Positions 1-16,418 are shown, numbered from the stretch's first letter. The stretch is DNA of 64,000 bases from the human T2T-CHM13v2.0 reference genome, Homo sapiens (GCF_009914755.1 NC_060930.1), one strand, 5' to 3'. Notes: generated from the letters alone by a model not told the origin. Numbers and translations: made by a program.

Positions 1-301
1 CTGTGTGTCTGACTTTTGTGTATGTTACAAATCCCATGATAAATTCACATTCATTTGGCTCAATTGAATTATACTTTAAAGAGATAAAAATGAGAAAAAT
101 CATATTTATTCAAACATTTATAATTTCCTTACTTTTTATTCTTTTTTATAGATCTAAATTTTAGCCTGGTATCGTTTTCCTTCTGCCTGAAGAATCTCCT
201 TTAATATTTTTCATAGTGCAATTCCGGGGATATATTCTCTGTTTTGTTGGTCTGAATATGTCTTTATTATATCTTTGTTTTTTAAAGACATTTTCACTGG
301 G

Positions 302-683
302 TGTGTAAGTCCATTCTCACACTGCTACAAAGAACTACCTGAAACTAGATAATTTATGAAGAAAAGAGGTTTAATTGACTCTCAGTTCCACAGGATGTAC
401 ATGAAGCATAGCAGGCAGGCCTCAGGAAACTTACAATCATTGCTGAAGGGCAAAAGGGAAGCAAGCACCTTCTTCACATGGCGACAGCAGAGAGAGTGAA
501 GGGGGAGGGGCCACACACTTTTAAGCCATCAGTTCTCATGAGAACTCACTCACTGTCATGAGACCAGCAAGGGGGAAAATCTGCCCCCATGATTCAGTCA
601 CCTCCTACCAGGTCCCTTCCCCAACACTAGGAATTACAATTCAACACGAGATTTGGGTGGAGACACAGAGCCAAACTACATCA
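302..683 (-). mobile_element. MaLR solo LTR (MSTA/THE1-like)
   Basis: Typical MST/THE1 text (ccattctcacactgct...gaaaagaggtttaattgactc...gagatttgggtggagacacagagccaaa); 5-bp TSD CTGGG at 297-301 and 684-688; interrupts an old antisense L1-like tract. Confidence 0.85.
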
Positions 684-3369
684 CTGGGTAAAGAATTAAA
701 GTTTGATAAATGTTTTCTCTCTCTCTGTACTTTAAAGATATCACTCCATTTTCTTTTGGTTCAAATGCATTCGGACAAGAAGTCTTCCATGATTCTTATC
801 TTTTTACCCTTTGTATACAATGTATCTTTTTGTCTAGCTGCTTTTAAGATTTTTAAAAATACTCTTTTTCAGCAGTTTGACTATGAGATGCCTTGGTGTG
901 GTCTTTCAGTGTCTATTCTGCTTGGCATTTGTTAAAATTCTGGAATCTGTTGGTTCATAGTTTTCTTCAAAATGGAAAAGTGTTATTCCATTATTCTTTC
1001 AGATATTGTTTCTAGCCATCGTTTTTGTAGAATCCTAATACACGTATGCTAATTATATGTCCCTTAGGTACCTAATGCTCTGCTAATTTCTTTTTGGTCT
1101 TATTTTTCTCTGTGTGCTTATTTTGCTTAGTTTATTTGTAGCAAATATTCTCCTAGGTAGGTGAAAAGGAAGGCCATGTTCTTGCCTCTCTGGCTTGGCT
1201 TTCTGCTTCCCATGATCGTACATAACCAGCTTTGATGATTTATCAGTAGAAAAAAATTGACATCCCATATTGGTGAATTTTTTTAAATTGTTAAGATTTT
1301 TTATATATACATGTTATGGTCGTATACTAGCAGGGGCATAAGTGAGTAAAAATTTTTGAAAAGAATGATGAGAGTTTCTTTGGTTTTGTTTTCCTGTGTG
1401 TGTGATTTGATCCCTAATCAACCAGAATTATCCATTTGCCTCAGAGCATGGGGAGGGAGATAACGTAGGGAGGCTTGGCTTCTTTATGCCAAATATACAA
1501 AAAAAAAGAAATTATTATTGTTAGCTTTCTGCTGCAAAAATATAACTTTAATTACCCAGCAAAGCAAGGTGCTGTTAAGAGAGAAAATTATTTCTAAACT
1601 TCTTAAACTCCCACAAGCATTATTAAGAGTACGGTCTGAAAGGCTTGAATATTCAGTTTACTATAAACCCTGGTTAGAAAAAAGTCAGGAGATGCTGTAC
1701 AGGAAGTCTCTGCTACCCGGGAATGAGAGAAAGTTGACTCTTTTGACTCTGTGGAGTGTGGAAAAAGAGTGAAAAGAGTTAAGGGGAGCTCCCAATTACA
1801 CATCTTTATGATGCCTTTACTTTATGGTAAGCTGAAATCTTAGATTTGGGGCTAAGTGTTGGGTAAGGTTGGTAGAAAGCCTGAAGTACAGATGTTTGTA
1901 CCCTGCATTTTGATTGGACCTCATGGAGGAGGAGACTGTTGGACGAATGTTCCCCTCATCAATACGCAGGTGCTACTTCCAGGAATAAACAGCTGTGCCA
2001 CGTGTCTAAGCAGAATCCAAGGTAGCACTTCGAAGCTTCATTGACTCTCCTGTAGGAAGAGAGCAATCCAGAAGCTACCCCATGACATTTGGGTCTATGG
2101 TAGGTACCTGAGTTGAGAGTCATTGGAGTAATACTGTGGACCTCACAGTTAAAGATAAAGTTATCCTAACCCAGAGAGCCAAAATTAAAGAGCTTAGATC
2201 ATGGCTTTATGGAGAATGTGGCTGTATTCAGAGGTGTCTGCTGCTGTACCATGAACTGAGGTAGAGTTTAGCTATAAAAGACCTCTGAGCCTTGATGAAG
2301 CTAAGAAAACAAGTCAGAAATTTGCCAGAGGCATCTCAGAGGATACAAGTGGAAAGTTCCCAGGGACCATATCAGACCAGACACTGAGCACATTGATCAG
2401 CAAGGACATAATGAAGAACTCAAAGAGAAGCAAGCCAGTGCAAGGCCCATCTCACACTGCCACAACAACCCTGTCCACCTCCTGCCAGTAAACATCCAGA
2501 CACAATCCTGGGAAAGATTAAAGGCAGCAGAGAAAACAGGAATAATGAACACATCTATCTCCAAACACTGAGTTATCACAAAGATACTGAAAAGTATTGA
2601 GATGATATGATCTCATTTCCCCTCCCCTACCCCTACCATCTCAATCCCTTCTTACCCAGTGGGATGAAGGCTTATAAGGACACTGGACCATTGTATATAC
2701 ACATCTGACTAGAAATGTGTAGATTTTTGTCTTTTCCATACATTTCCTAAAATTCAGAATAATATCCAAAGAACAGACATGATGCCCACAATAAGTAGAA
2801 GGAGTGGCCCTTTATAGCAATTTGTCTCAGAGGAAACTGCCCATGGAAACTTCATAATTTTAGAGAATTTCAACAATAAATAGGAACCAGTGAAATTCTG
2901 GTGAACATTTGTTATCTTTGCTATCCAGCATGAAACTCCCTTTCTTTTGGAACAACATATCAATTATATATTGAGGATCCAGCCCCTTCTTAACCATCTT
3001 AAACCTTAACTCAGCTCAACACATTTTGGCTCTTTCTATACTACGCCAATCACTGAGTTATCCAAAAGGATAGAAAGGGATTGAGATAATGTGATTTAGT
3101 ATTTATAGAGTAGACATTGGTATAGATAGGGAATTCCTAGCCTACAGTTCAAATGAAGGCTGAGGAAAAATTTTAATCCTTTGCAGACATAACTGGTACA
3201 CGCTTAGGGACAGAGTTTGCAAATTAGAAGCCTAAGGATAAGTCAGTCTCACAGGTACTTTTTTTTTTTTTGGCTTCCATGGTGTTTTTAAAAATACTGA
3301 CTCATTTGTCAATATTTAAAAATTGAAAAAAATCTAGTTTCCAGTACTTATTTAAAAATCTGGGATAGA

Positions 3370-6300
3370 TTTTCAGATATGAAAGTTAAAAGAGTGGCAA
3401 ATTCATTCCACAAAATGAAAGTATTAAAATAAACAATACTCTCAACAACACCCATTTCAGGGTTATGTAAATTGATCATAGGCAGTCAAGCTGGCCATTT
3501 TTACTCCTGAAAAACTGCTGGAGCTTTAGATAACAACAGTGGGAGTTTGTAGCTTTTAGCCACTGTAGGGATAGACTTAATTTGATAGAATCATAGTGCA
3601 GTGTGAAAACACTGCTTTGTAAAAGTGACAACACTGGTAAAAACAAACTAACGAAAAACAGAAAAATAATCAGAATTCAGAGTTGTTATAACATATATTT
3701 GAAAGTCAAGTTTTCAACTAAAACTACAATTCATGCAAAGAAGGTATTGTGACTCATACGCAGGGAAAAAATTAGTGTGTGTATGCAGATATATATACAT
3801 ATACATGTGTGTATATATATACCTAATCTTAATTTCTTTAAAAAGCATAAGATTATTTAAAGCTATGATTGTAACACTGCAACACTGACTTTACAAGACA
3901 TATAGATTAATATACGACAGTAATAACAGAAAAGAGGGATGAATAAATAGATATGTATTACATGAAAATTGCTATATTTTACCAGAATTAAGTCAGTTTC
4001 AATCTGAAGTAGGTGATAAATGGAAAATACATATTGTAACTCCTAGAACAATGACTAATGACTAGAAAATAACTTTTAAAAAAGCTAAAATTCAACAGAG
4101 AAATGAATATGGTATAATAAAAAGCATTTTTAATACATTCAAAGAAGTAAAGGAGGAAGAGAGAGACAAGAAATTAGATATAACAAATAGCAAAGTGGCA
4201 GGCATAAATTGGAACATCAATCACTACATTAAATATGAATGATTAAATACTCAATTTAAAAGGCAGAGATTGTCAGACTAACCAAAAGCAAGATTTTAGA
4301 TTTAAAGTAAAAGAATAAGAAAAGATATATTATGTAAATGGTAACCATAAGAGAGCTGGATAAGCTAAACTAAAATGAGAAAAAAATCAGTTTTAAGACA
4401 AGAAATAGAACACTAGAAAATTTAGGCTAAAAAAATATCAGCATAGAGATGAAAGATGACACTTCTTAATGATTAAATGGATAATACATCAGGAAGATTT
4501 AAAAATTACAAACATATACCTACCCAACAGTAAACAGCAAAATAAACCTAATTGAAAGGACAAATAGACACCTCAACAATTATAGTTAGAGATTTCAAGA
4601 CTCCTCTTTCAGCAATTACTTTTTAAAAAACTAAACAGAAAATTGCTAAGGATATAGACCTACACAGTGCTATCGACCAACTTGACCTAATTAGCATACA
4701 CAGAACATTCTACTCGACAACAGCAGAATTGACATTCCTTCCTGGAGTACCTAGAACATTATTTGGGAATAGAATATGCTAGCTATAAATTTCTGTCTAA
4801 TATTATATGTATAATATTGATTTCAGATCTATTATATATAATATCTATCTAATACATCTATTAATATATAACATTACATATTAGAAGGAAATGTATAGTT
4901 TTAAATGCTTACATTACAAAAGAATAAAGATCTGAAACCAATCATATAAATTATCACTTTAAGAAGCTAGAAAATTATTAGCATATCAAACAAAGTAAGT
5001 AGAAGAGGGAGAAAAATAAAAAACAGAATAAAAACCAGTGAAATGAAAAACAAAAAATAATAGAAAAATCCATTAAACTAAAAGTTGGTTCTTTGAAAAG
5101 GTTAACAAAACTGACAAACTTTTAGTTGGTCTAGGCAACATGAAAAGAGAGAAGACAGAAATCTCCATCAAAACCAGAAACAATGGAAGGGGCATAAGTA
5201 TATATATTATAGAAGTTAAAAATATCATAAGACAATATTATGAACAACTTTATGTACAAAATGATGGAATGGAAAAATTCCTAGAAATTACAAAAAAACT
5301 GACCTAGGAAAAGAATACTATATCAAGTAAAGCAATTAACTTTTTTTTTTTTTTTTTTTTTTTGAGACAGGGTCTCACTCTGTCACCCCGGCTGGAGTGC
5401 AGTGGTGTCATCTCAGCTCACTGTAGCCTTGACTACCTGGGCTCAGGTGATTTTTCCCACCTCAGCCTCCTGAATAGCTGGGACTACAGGCAGTACCAGC
5501 ATACCCAGCTAATTATGTTTTTACTGTAGAGACAGGGTTTCATCATGTTGCCCAGGCTAGTCTTGAACTCTGAGGCTCAAGCAATTCACTGGCCTTGGCC
5601 TCCCAAATTGCTGGGATTATAGGCATGAGCCACCATGCCTTGCCACAATAGGCTTTATAATTAAAATTCTTTCCATGAGGAAAGCCCAGGCCTGAATGGC
5701 TTCATCTCAATAATTCTAACAAACACTTAAGGAAGACTGAATACCAGTCCTACACAAACTCTTTTGGAAAGTAGACAAGGGAAAAGAAACACTTTCTGAG
5801 CTAATTTTATATGGTCAGTATTATAGCTGACACAAAAGGCAAATAAACATCATAATAAAAGGAAATTAAAGACCAAGGAAATATAGATTGGAAGGGAAAA
5901 AGTAAACCTGTCATTATTTGCAGATGACATGATCTTGCATTTGGAAAATTCTTAGGAATCTACCAAACCAAATCAAACCAAACTATTAGAACTAATAAGC
6001 AAGTTTAGCAAGGTCACAGGATACAAGATAAACATACAAAAAACTAATTGTATTATAGTATATTGATAATGAACAAATAATGTGAAATTAAGAAAATTAT
6101 TCCATTCATAATATCATCAAAAACATAAAATATTTAGGAGTAAATATGACAAAAGAAACCAAGACCTGTAGGGTGAGGATACACACTGCTGAAAAAAATT
6201 AAAGTCAATCTAAATAAATAAAGTGATATCCCATATTCATAAATTATAAGACTAAATATTGTTAAGATGGCAATTGTTCTCAATTTGATTTATAGGTTAA

Positions 6301-8050
6301 ACATAATCCTATGAAAAAATGTAGACTTTTTTAAGATAGAAATTGACAATGTAATTCTAACATTGTATGGAAATGCAAAGGCCTATAATAGCTAAAATAA
6401 TTTTGAAAAGAAACAAAGTTGGAGGTATGCTAACTTATTTCAAAAATCACTATAAAGCCACAGCAATAAAAAAATGTGGTATTTGCATAAGCATATACAC
6501 ATAAATTAATGAAACACAACAGAGTTCAGAAATAATGTTAAGTGAAATAAGACAGGTACCTAAAGACAAATACCATATGATTTCACTTACATGTGGACAA
6601 ATTTGAACTTACAGACATAGAAAGTAGAATGGTGGTAACCAGGGGCTGGTGTGGGGTGTGGTGTGGTTGGGGAAATGCTCATCATAGGGCCAATCACCAT
6701 AGGAATGAACTTCAACATTTATGGTAAATTAAATTTTGACATAGCTGCCAAGGTAATTCAATGGAGAAATGAGTCTTCAACAATTGGTGCTGGAACCATT
6801 GGGTATCCATGTGTACAACAATGAATTTAGACCCTTATCTCACACATTACACAAAAATTAACTCAGAATGGTCCTAGACCCAAATATAAGGGCTAAAATT
6901 ACAACACTTTAGAAGAAAACATAGGAGAAACTTCTGTGGCTTTGGGTGAGTCAGAGATTTCCTATATATGATACCAAAATCAGGTTCCATAGGAGAAAAT
7001 ATTGATAAATTGGATTTTATAAAAATAATTTTAAAAACTTGTTTTTTAAAAGACAACATTAAGAAAAAGAAATTGGATAAAATATTTGCAAATCATAAAT
7101 ATGATAAAAGACTTGTGTCCAAAATATATAAAAAAGTTTATAACTCAATAATCAGATGAGAAACAAATCTGATAAAAATGGGCAAGAGATTTGAGTAGGC
7201 ATTTCATCAAAGAAGACATATAGATGACAGATAAGCACATGAAAAGGTGTTCAACATAATTCGTCATTAGGGAAATGCAAATAAAAGCCACTTTGAGGTA
7301 CCACCAAACACCTATTCAAATGGCTATTATAAAAGACTGAGAATAGGAAGTATTGCAAAGTATGTGGACTCCTTACCCACTGATATACTGTGAATAGTAA
7401 GTGTAGGAGGGGCATATGGACTCCTTACATGTTGCTGGCAGGAATGTACAATGGTACAGCCACATTGGGAAACAGTTTCTCTGTTTCTCAAAAATTTAAA
7501 TATACGCTTTGCATATGACTTAACAATGAAACTCCCAGTTATCTACCCAAGGGAAATGAAAATGCAGATTCACACAAAGACATGTACATGAATGTTCATA
7601 GAAGCATTATTTATAATAGCTCAAGCTGGAAATAATACGAATGTCCAGCAACTGGTGAAAAGATAAAATATGATATATCCATACAATAAATTACTACTAT
7701 GTATAAAAAGGGACTACTGATATTTGCATCAGCATGGATGAACTTCAAAACATTATGCTAAGTGAAAGAAGACAGACACAAAAGACAACTTAGTATAATA
7801 CCATTTAAATGAATTTTCTAGAAAAGGCAAAGCTACAGACAGAAAGCAGAGAAGTCTTTGGTTGGGACTGGAATGGGAGTTTTTGATTATACATGTGCAG
7901 AAACAAACTTTTTGAAGTGATGAAATTGTTCCAAAACTGGATCATATTAATAGTTGCACAACTGTATAAATTATTAAAAATCACTGAACTGTATGCATAT
8001 AATGGGTAGATATGATAATAGGTAAATTGTACTTTAATCAAACTTAAAAT
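3370..8050 (+). mobile_element. Old degraded L1 (L1M-type) ORF2/3'UTR remnant
   Basis: A-rich with L1 ORF2 remnants (tttgcagatgacatgatc, ENIDKLDFIKI in ORF 6968..7159, gaaatgcaaataaaagccac) and L1M-type 3'UTR; boundaries approximate. Confidence 0.8.
5340..5644 (-). mobile_element. Alu (AluJ-like) inside the L1
   Basis: poly-T followed by gagacagggtctcactctgtc...gagccaccatgcc. Confidence 0.9.
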
Positions 8051-8164
8051 TCAGGTTACCTGGCAACCCTACATTTTGTTTGAAATAGAAGTGTAAGAGA
8101 TAATGAAGGAGTGGCAGATACCGTGGTTAACAAAAAGTGAAGGACTAGAAACCAACTTCCTGTA

Positions 8165-8610
8165 GCAGGTAATCAGCGACAATCTGGGGCCAGTGGTGTG
8201 GGGGTAAAAAGAATTTATGAAGATACTTGTAGGTAAAGAAAGTCATATTTATTAGAGCACGTATGAAAATGTGTTGCAAGGGAACAATGGGCAGGCCAGC
8301 AAGAGAGGAGCTGACTGCAAGGAGACGAAGGCTTGCTGGGGATGTTCTAGAATGGTGCTTGTGCTGTGTGCTGAAGAGGGCTTTGTGCAGTACTGATAAC
8401 ACCGAGGTTGCAGTGAATTAGCTTGCATTTTTTTTTAATCACCCGAGGGTCTGATGATAGCTGAGTGCAGGAAGATTGTGAGTTATTTGTGCAAGAGGGC
8501 TACATGTTCTGGACCACAAAGCAAGGCAGACTTACAGCTTATCTGCTTTATATTTTTGCTTTCCCTCGGTCCCGCCATCCTGACTCCTTTTCCCTAATTA
8601 GAACCCCACA
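8165..8610 (-). mobile_element. ERV1-class solo LTR (LTR15-like)
   Basis: Minus strand begins TGTGGGGTTCTAATTAGGGAAAAGGAGTCAGG, recalled as an LTR15-type start; subfamily and left boundary uncertain. Confidence 0.6.
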
Positions 8611-9075
8611 CTCTCTTTGGATGGTACATGCGTTTTCCATTTTCCCAGGTTCTATTACTCTCCTTTGGATCTTACACTTCTGAATTCTCTCTATTCGTTT
8701 TGTTACCTAACTGATCCCTGTAGGCATCTCTCCTTCATCCCAGAGCAGCAAGAATCCTTTCCTTACCCTCTTTGTAGATGCAGGCCCAATAACAGGTCTC
8801 AAACCTTCCCAGAGATTATATATAAACCATGCATAATATAGGAGAAAATTAAATCTTTTTATTCTCTCCCTTAGGGGTAGTGAGTGGTTGATTTACAAAT
8901 GCAAATGATAGATTTAAATGTTTGTGTAAAGTTGAAATGTCAAACATTTTGTTGGCATTTAGAGATATTATCTGAAAGAGCATTTTACAAATAAGGAAAC
9001 TAAGGCTCAGAGGCTTCTGGTAATCTGTTCAAGGTCACATAGTTATCCAAGCTTCTTGCTCCAGGGGACATATTT

Positions 9076-9166
9076 TTGTGCTTTCAAAAAAAGAAAGAAA
9101 AATCAGGATGTCATACACATTCTTAAAAATAAATTAATGCCACAGAAAAATGTTTTCCCTAGGCCT
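9076..9166 (+). repeat. ~91-bp dispersed direct repeat, copy 1
   Basis: ttgtgctttcaaaaaaagaaagaaaaatcaggatgtcatac...aattaatgccacagaaaaatg.tttccctaggcct recurs at 10463-10554. Confidence 0.9.
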
Positions 9167-9724
9167 CACAAAGATTAAAGAGGCTTGTGGGTTTTTTTTC
9201 TGTTTAGATTTGGCTAGATGTCTTTCTTGTTTTACTGGCGAATTAGAAGAAAGCTGGAAAAGCTCTGAAACAGCTGCTAAAATAATTACCCTACAGCATA
9301 TTTCATTTTTTAATCACTAAGAAAAGTTGTTTCAAAGTAATATTTCAAAGTAATAATTAAACATTGATAAATTGTTTTTGTTTGGTGTTTTGGCCTTATC
9401 TACAACCAAAGCTTCAAGCACCAAGACAGAAATGTCTAAATATTTATGTTACAATAAAACTTAATAGAAAACTTACACAAAATCTTAAATTATCATCTTT
9501 ACTGCTATTCCAGATTAGAGTATGCAATCACTAAAACAGAGTGATTTAGGATTAAGGATGAAACATTCATTGTTCACCTTTGCATTAACCCAAAAATTGT
9601 GTTGTGGTTTTATATCTCATGACCTTATTGTACTTTGGAATGTGATGGTGAAGCTGTCCCTCAGATCATTTAGAATAAAGAAGACTGAGGCAATATTTCA
9701 CTATAGGCTTTGCAATGTCTATAG

Positions 9725-10115
<391 letters not shown>

Positions 10116-10462
10116 TAAGTCCCGCCTGGCACAGATGAGGCATGAGCATTAGGCAGAGGCCACATCCTGGTGACGTGTGTGCCAGGTCTGTCCTGCAGAT
10201 GTGCTACATTTTGTTTGGCTTTTAAACATGCTACATTTTGTTTGTTTGAAGAAACTGTTTCTCTGAATTTTGTAGACAACATTTTGCAACCGGAGAATTC
10301 ACACAAACATTTAAATTTCCTGCTTCTCTTGAAAAATCTGACCATCTGCCCACACTGGGCACACAATCCTGTTGAATAGATGCTGCAACCTTTAACATGG
10401 CACATGGTTTGCCTTTTGCAGTGTGTATAGGGCTGCCTCAGTCAAATATGGTTCATGGCATA

Positions 10463-10554
10463 TTGTGCTTTCAAAAAAAAGAAAGAAAAATCAGGATGTC
10501 ATACAAAATCTTAAAAATAAATTAATGCCACAGAAAAATGCTTTCCCTAGGCCT
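10463..10554 (+). repeat. ~91-bp dispersed direct repeat, copy 2
   Basis: Near-identical to 9076-9166. Confidence 0.9.
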
Positions 10555-10985
10555 TAAGATGTTTGTGACCCTGGAGACTGCACAGTGTTTTCCAAATGTT
10601 AAGTCTTTAAAGTGGTTCGTTGCCTTGAGATGCAGACAATACACTTCTTCCATTTGTTTTGTCAGGTTTAAAGGCACTTTGGATAATGTCTCTGTTGAGT
10701 TGCTTTTAGAGGTTTTGACACTCATTTGACCAGTCTCAGTGGAGCAAATCTTTGTCCTTGAATCTGATTTTTGGAAAGAGTCAAAGGAAAATTTGGAGCC
10801 AAGTTTGGGGCAGAAAAATATGTGTGATTATGAAACAGTGAAAACCTGTTTCTCTTGGGTGGTTTGTGAGCTGACTCAAAGGTAACTTTTTAAAAAAGTT
10901 CAATAATGCTTTGAGGGAAGGCTTTTACTTCTTCCAGATGTCAACTGTCCTTTCTACTAAGCTCTCATAATATTGAAGTAGCTTT

Positions 10986-11618
10986 GTTGTCTATGGTGAC
11001 ATCCGAGGTTCTTGGTCTCACGGCCACAAAGATCAAATATGTGGACACACACAAAGGGTGAGGTTTGGAGCAGAATTTTTAATAGGCAAAAGGAAGAGAA
11101 TAGCTCTGCTACAGAGAGGGGTCCCAAAAAATGGGTTGCAATACGTGGTGAAATGCAGGGGTTTTTATAGATGAGCTAGTGGGGAGGCGGTGTCTGATCT
11201 ACATAAGGAGGGAAAACCCGGTTTCGTGCATATGGCATGAAAACCCGGTTAGGACCAGGTGTGTCATCTGCATAGGGCTTAAGTGTCTGGCAGCCCCGGC
11301 CCCAATCTTCTACTATATAGGCAGGTAGCTACTCCGTGTTGCTTATTTCCTTCTTACTGTGCATGTGGTAAAAAAGAGGGGAGGTGGAACCCCCATGGTG
11401 GACATGCCTGGCCCCAGTAGCCCCTTCTGTCTGTGCCGCTGCCGGCATCTCCCGTGCAAGCTTCCAGTTTCCTTACCTATGTTTGCAGCCCAATCTTCCA
11501 GGTTGCTCTTTGTTAGAAAGGAAGTGATTTCTTGGGCTGCTTTTTGTTAGAAGGTAAGTTCTGCCGAGGGCTCTTTTGCTCATACTATCTGCCTAAATAA
11601 TTTCTATCTCCTGTATCA
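10986..11618 (-). mobile_element. ERV1-class solo LTR (MER61-like)
   Basis: Minus strand begins TGATACAGGAGATAGAAATTATTTAGGCAGATAGT and ends ...AACA; subfamily from recall. Confidence 0.6.
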
Positions 11619-12399
11619 ATATCCTATGTGTGACTCTATTCTGCATATATGACTTAGGTTTTAATTATTTTGTTTACGAGTTGGTCCTACCCCCCCACCC
11701 CCGCTTCCACCACACTTAAGGAAAGATACATTTTAATTCATTTTTTATATGGTATGCATAGTTGGAGGCCAAAAGATTGAGTTGAAGGATTCATTACTTG
11801 ATGAATAAATGGATGGGTGGATGGATGAGTCAGTATAAATGAAGAGCATCCCAAGTTGACTATTTTAAAGGGATAACATGCATTTTATATTTGTTAAACA
11901 TTCATTCTCATTTGTAAACACTTGTATATATTCATGTATTCAAAATGTATTGAAAATTAATTGTTTTCCTTGGTACCTGAAGTCAGTCCTGGGTATTGCA
12001 AAGTAGTTCGAAGTCACTGGTTTCCCTCTGTCTCACTTCACTACACACTGGTGATTTTGCTAAGTGATGAGCCAGAAAATGTACAAGTTCCAGAATCAAA
12101 GGTAAAACAAAACCCACCAAGAATCAGCTCACTGTTAGCGTCCTAGTTGAAAAATAAGGCTTATCAAAGTATTTCAGATTGCATTAACACTTTTGATATA
12201 GCTAGGTATCAGTGTCAACCTCAGGAGAGGGCAACGCCAACTCCTGAAACCTTCAATACAGAAAGTCTAGAAAAATAAGCAAATATACATACAAACAATA
12301 GCGAGAAGACTCCAGAAACCACATAAAACCGTGGGAATCGAAATATCCCTTACGTGTGTTCAGTACATGTGAACCCACGTATTTTAAGTGGACGATTTC

Positions 12400-13454
<1,055 letters not shown>

Positions 13455-15018
13455 TGAAAGCAGGCTGTTCAAAACGGTCATCCTTAGAAATACTCGACCC
13501 CCTGCCCCAGGAGAGTACGGGTTTTTAGAGGAGAAAAATGTCAAACGCGAAAGTTGTTGGTCTTAAGAAGGTGCATCAATGTGTTGCTTCTTTTAGGGGG
13601 CTCTGGGCGCAGTATACATGACTTCACTTGGGTTAACTGATTGCAGTTGAAGAGTTAGCGGAGCTCTTTAAGTTTTATTAGGAACTCTACGGAACACTTT
13701 TTCCCTTTCGCTCCGTTTTGGAATTTCCTTGCAGGTGCTCAGAAATTCCATGGATGTTCACATTATGTGACTGAAGAAACCTTTATGATTCTTTGCCCAC
13801 TCTTCTAACCAGAGGCTACACGGTTTGTGTTGCTAACAAAAGCTACCTATTACTCCTCTGCTATTTTGCTATGACATTTGCAGGACCCACAGTCAACTTC
13901 ATGAAATGTGGGGGTTGGTTTTTATTCTGAATTCATGGTGGGAAGTGCTGATTGAGAGAAGGCCTGGATTCCTGGCTGTTATTATTTGCTGAGGCCTTGC
14001 GTAACTGTCCCTAAACCTCAATTTCTAATGTGTGAAAATGGGACAACATCAACTCCCTTGTGCATTGCATGGGATTATTGTGAAAATCAAGCTGAAGAAT
14101 GTAGGTAGGGAAGTAAATTGAAAACAGCAAGGAAATAGAATCATTTTTATTGTATTATATGGAAATCACAGATTTCTATGTATAGTGTACCCTAAAATAT
14201 ATCCCCTTACATATGATTGAATAATGCTTTGTAGAAAAATTTCTAATTTTTCAAGTCTCCTTTCATTTTGTATGCATTTCCATTTTCACTATATTTGGGA
14301 CATCATGGAGATGCTATAATACTTTGAGGAATCAATCTTCCTAGACTTAAGAGATGGTGCCGTATGCTTAGTACTTAAAAAGAAGCCTTAGTTTCACAGA
14401 ATAAGTACCCCAAGCCACATGATGTTTGCATCTCAAGATAAAATTTTGCATCTTGTAACACTGTTTTGAGTCTATAATAACACAATATTGATGAGAACTT
14501 AGTCTCTTGAGTCACCTTTTAAAAATTTTGTTAATGGAAGACCTTAGCTTTTACAACCTGATCACTTAAATTGTTTAGTATTAATACCTTGAGGTGTTTC
14601 ACACACGATGAGGTAGTCGATAATTGTATATGGAATCAGTGTGTAACTCTTGTGTAAAACCATTTCTACATGCCTATAAACCTTTACAGGTTTTCCAATT
14701 GCAAAATTCAGGTTTTAAATTTTTCTTGCTCATTTACTTATACATCCACAACAGATATCAGCAAAGGTCTAGTTTTGGAATAAGCTGTCCAGTCTTTGAG
14801 ACCTGCAGTCAACTGGTCAAACAGCATTCTGTGTGATGATGCTACTCTGGGCATTTGACATGGAAGTGTCCTAGGACTTACTTCCACAAGTAGGACTATT
14901 ATGGACCTTTTTTATCCATTAATTGGGGTCTTTTGCATCTATTGAATTGGAAAGAATTCTTACTTCATATCTTTTGATGGAACACTGTGAGACATTAACA
15001 TACAAATGTTACCAAATA

Positions 15019-15294
15019 GACCTGGTGCGGTGACTCATACCTATTATCTCAGCACTTTGGGAAGTTGAGGCGGTTCCATTGCTTGAGCCCAGGAGTTTGA
15101 GACCAGCCTGGGCAACATGATGAAACCCATCTCTACAAAAGATACAAAAATTAGCTGGGTATGGTAGCATGCGTCTATGTCCCAGCTACTTGGGAGGCTG
15201 ACATGGGAGGTTCAGCTGAGCCAGGGAAAGTTAAGGCTGCAGTGAACTGTGATTGTGCCACTGCACTTCAGCTTGGGTGACACGGTGAGACCCT
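15019..15294 (+). mobile_element. Alu (AluJ-like, tail absent)
   Basis: Diverged dimer with gagcccaggagtttgagaccagcctgggcaacat. Confidence 0.85.
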
Positions 15295-16297
15295 TTATTG
15301 TTGAAATTGCTATTTAGCTACTGAACTGAAAGTGCAAACTCGTATTCTTCTTTCCCTTCCCTACTTCAATACCTTTTTCCCCCAACCCCGCCCCCCCCCC
15401 AAGAACTTCCCCAAATAATGGGCTTCCAAATGGAAAAGGCCCCAAAAGCATCCTGACAATTGTCGTCAAAGAGCTCTGGGATATGTCTTCTAGAAAGGAG
15501 CTGCAATTATAGAATTCCTTTTGTTTTCAGATTAAACCTCAGCACACTTTTCATAAAGCTGCAGAAACAGATTGAACTAATTGCAACCTGGGGTTGGGAT
15601 TAGGAGAGGCCCAGCACTATGATCCTCAGCTACACTGTTTTAATTTAGCAGGATAAATAGAAGAGTTGCGTTGCCTTGCCTTTCAGAGGCAATCATGTTG
15701 CAGTGGCAATGTAATTTTTACATTACTCTGCAGTTTTCTCAGATAAACTAAAATGATGTAGATGTGTGAGAGTGGATGAAGGAGTGAGGATTCTGTCCTA
15801 CCCTGGCTTCTCCCCATTGTGGTGGTTGATCTTAGGAGAGGGCCACCAAGCTGTGCTTTAGAGGCTTTTGGCCCTGGGCCCTGGAATGCTTGTGCCTAGG
15901 TACTGAGCCAAACTGAGGAAAACAGCAAGAGGGAAAAACAAGTATTATTCTCTACATGTGTCAGTAGGTATCTTAAATATTAGATGCCTTTCCTTGGTTG
16001 TAAATGAAGTTTTGAACTGAAGTGTAGACTTCCACCGAGATGTGTTGACTTGGAGATGTATTTAAATATCCTTCTTGTTTCTTGGTGTGATTTTACAGTC
16101 ATGTAATTCTCAACTACATTGCAATACATTTCTCCAGTTAGCTCCTCAAAAGCATTTTTTTTGTGTTGTTTGTGACCTTCTGCTATATTTATGAATACAT
16201 ATATCTGTGTATCTGTGTATGTGTAAAGGGCTTGCGTATGGGTGGTGGTCACTGAAGACTACTTTCATGTTTCAGTGAAAGAGTTCTTTAAAAAAAC

Positions 16298-16418
16298 ATA
16301 TATCTATATCTATATCTATATATCTATATCTATATCTATATCTATATATCTATATCTATATCTATATCTATATCTATATCTATATCTATATCTATATCTA
16401 TATCTATATCTATATATA
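16298..16418. repeat. (TATATC)n microsatellite
   Basis: About 120 bp of tatatc units with two interruptions. Confidence 0.97.
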
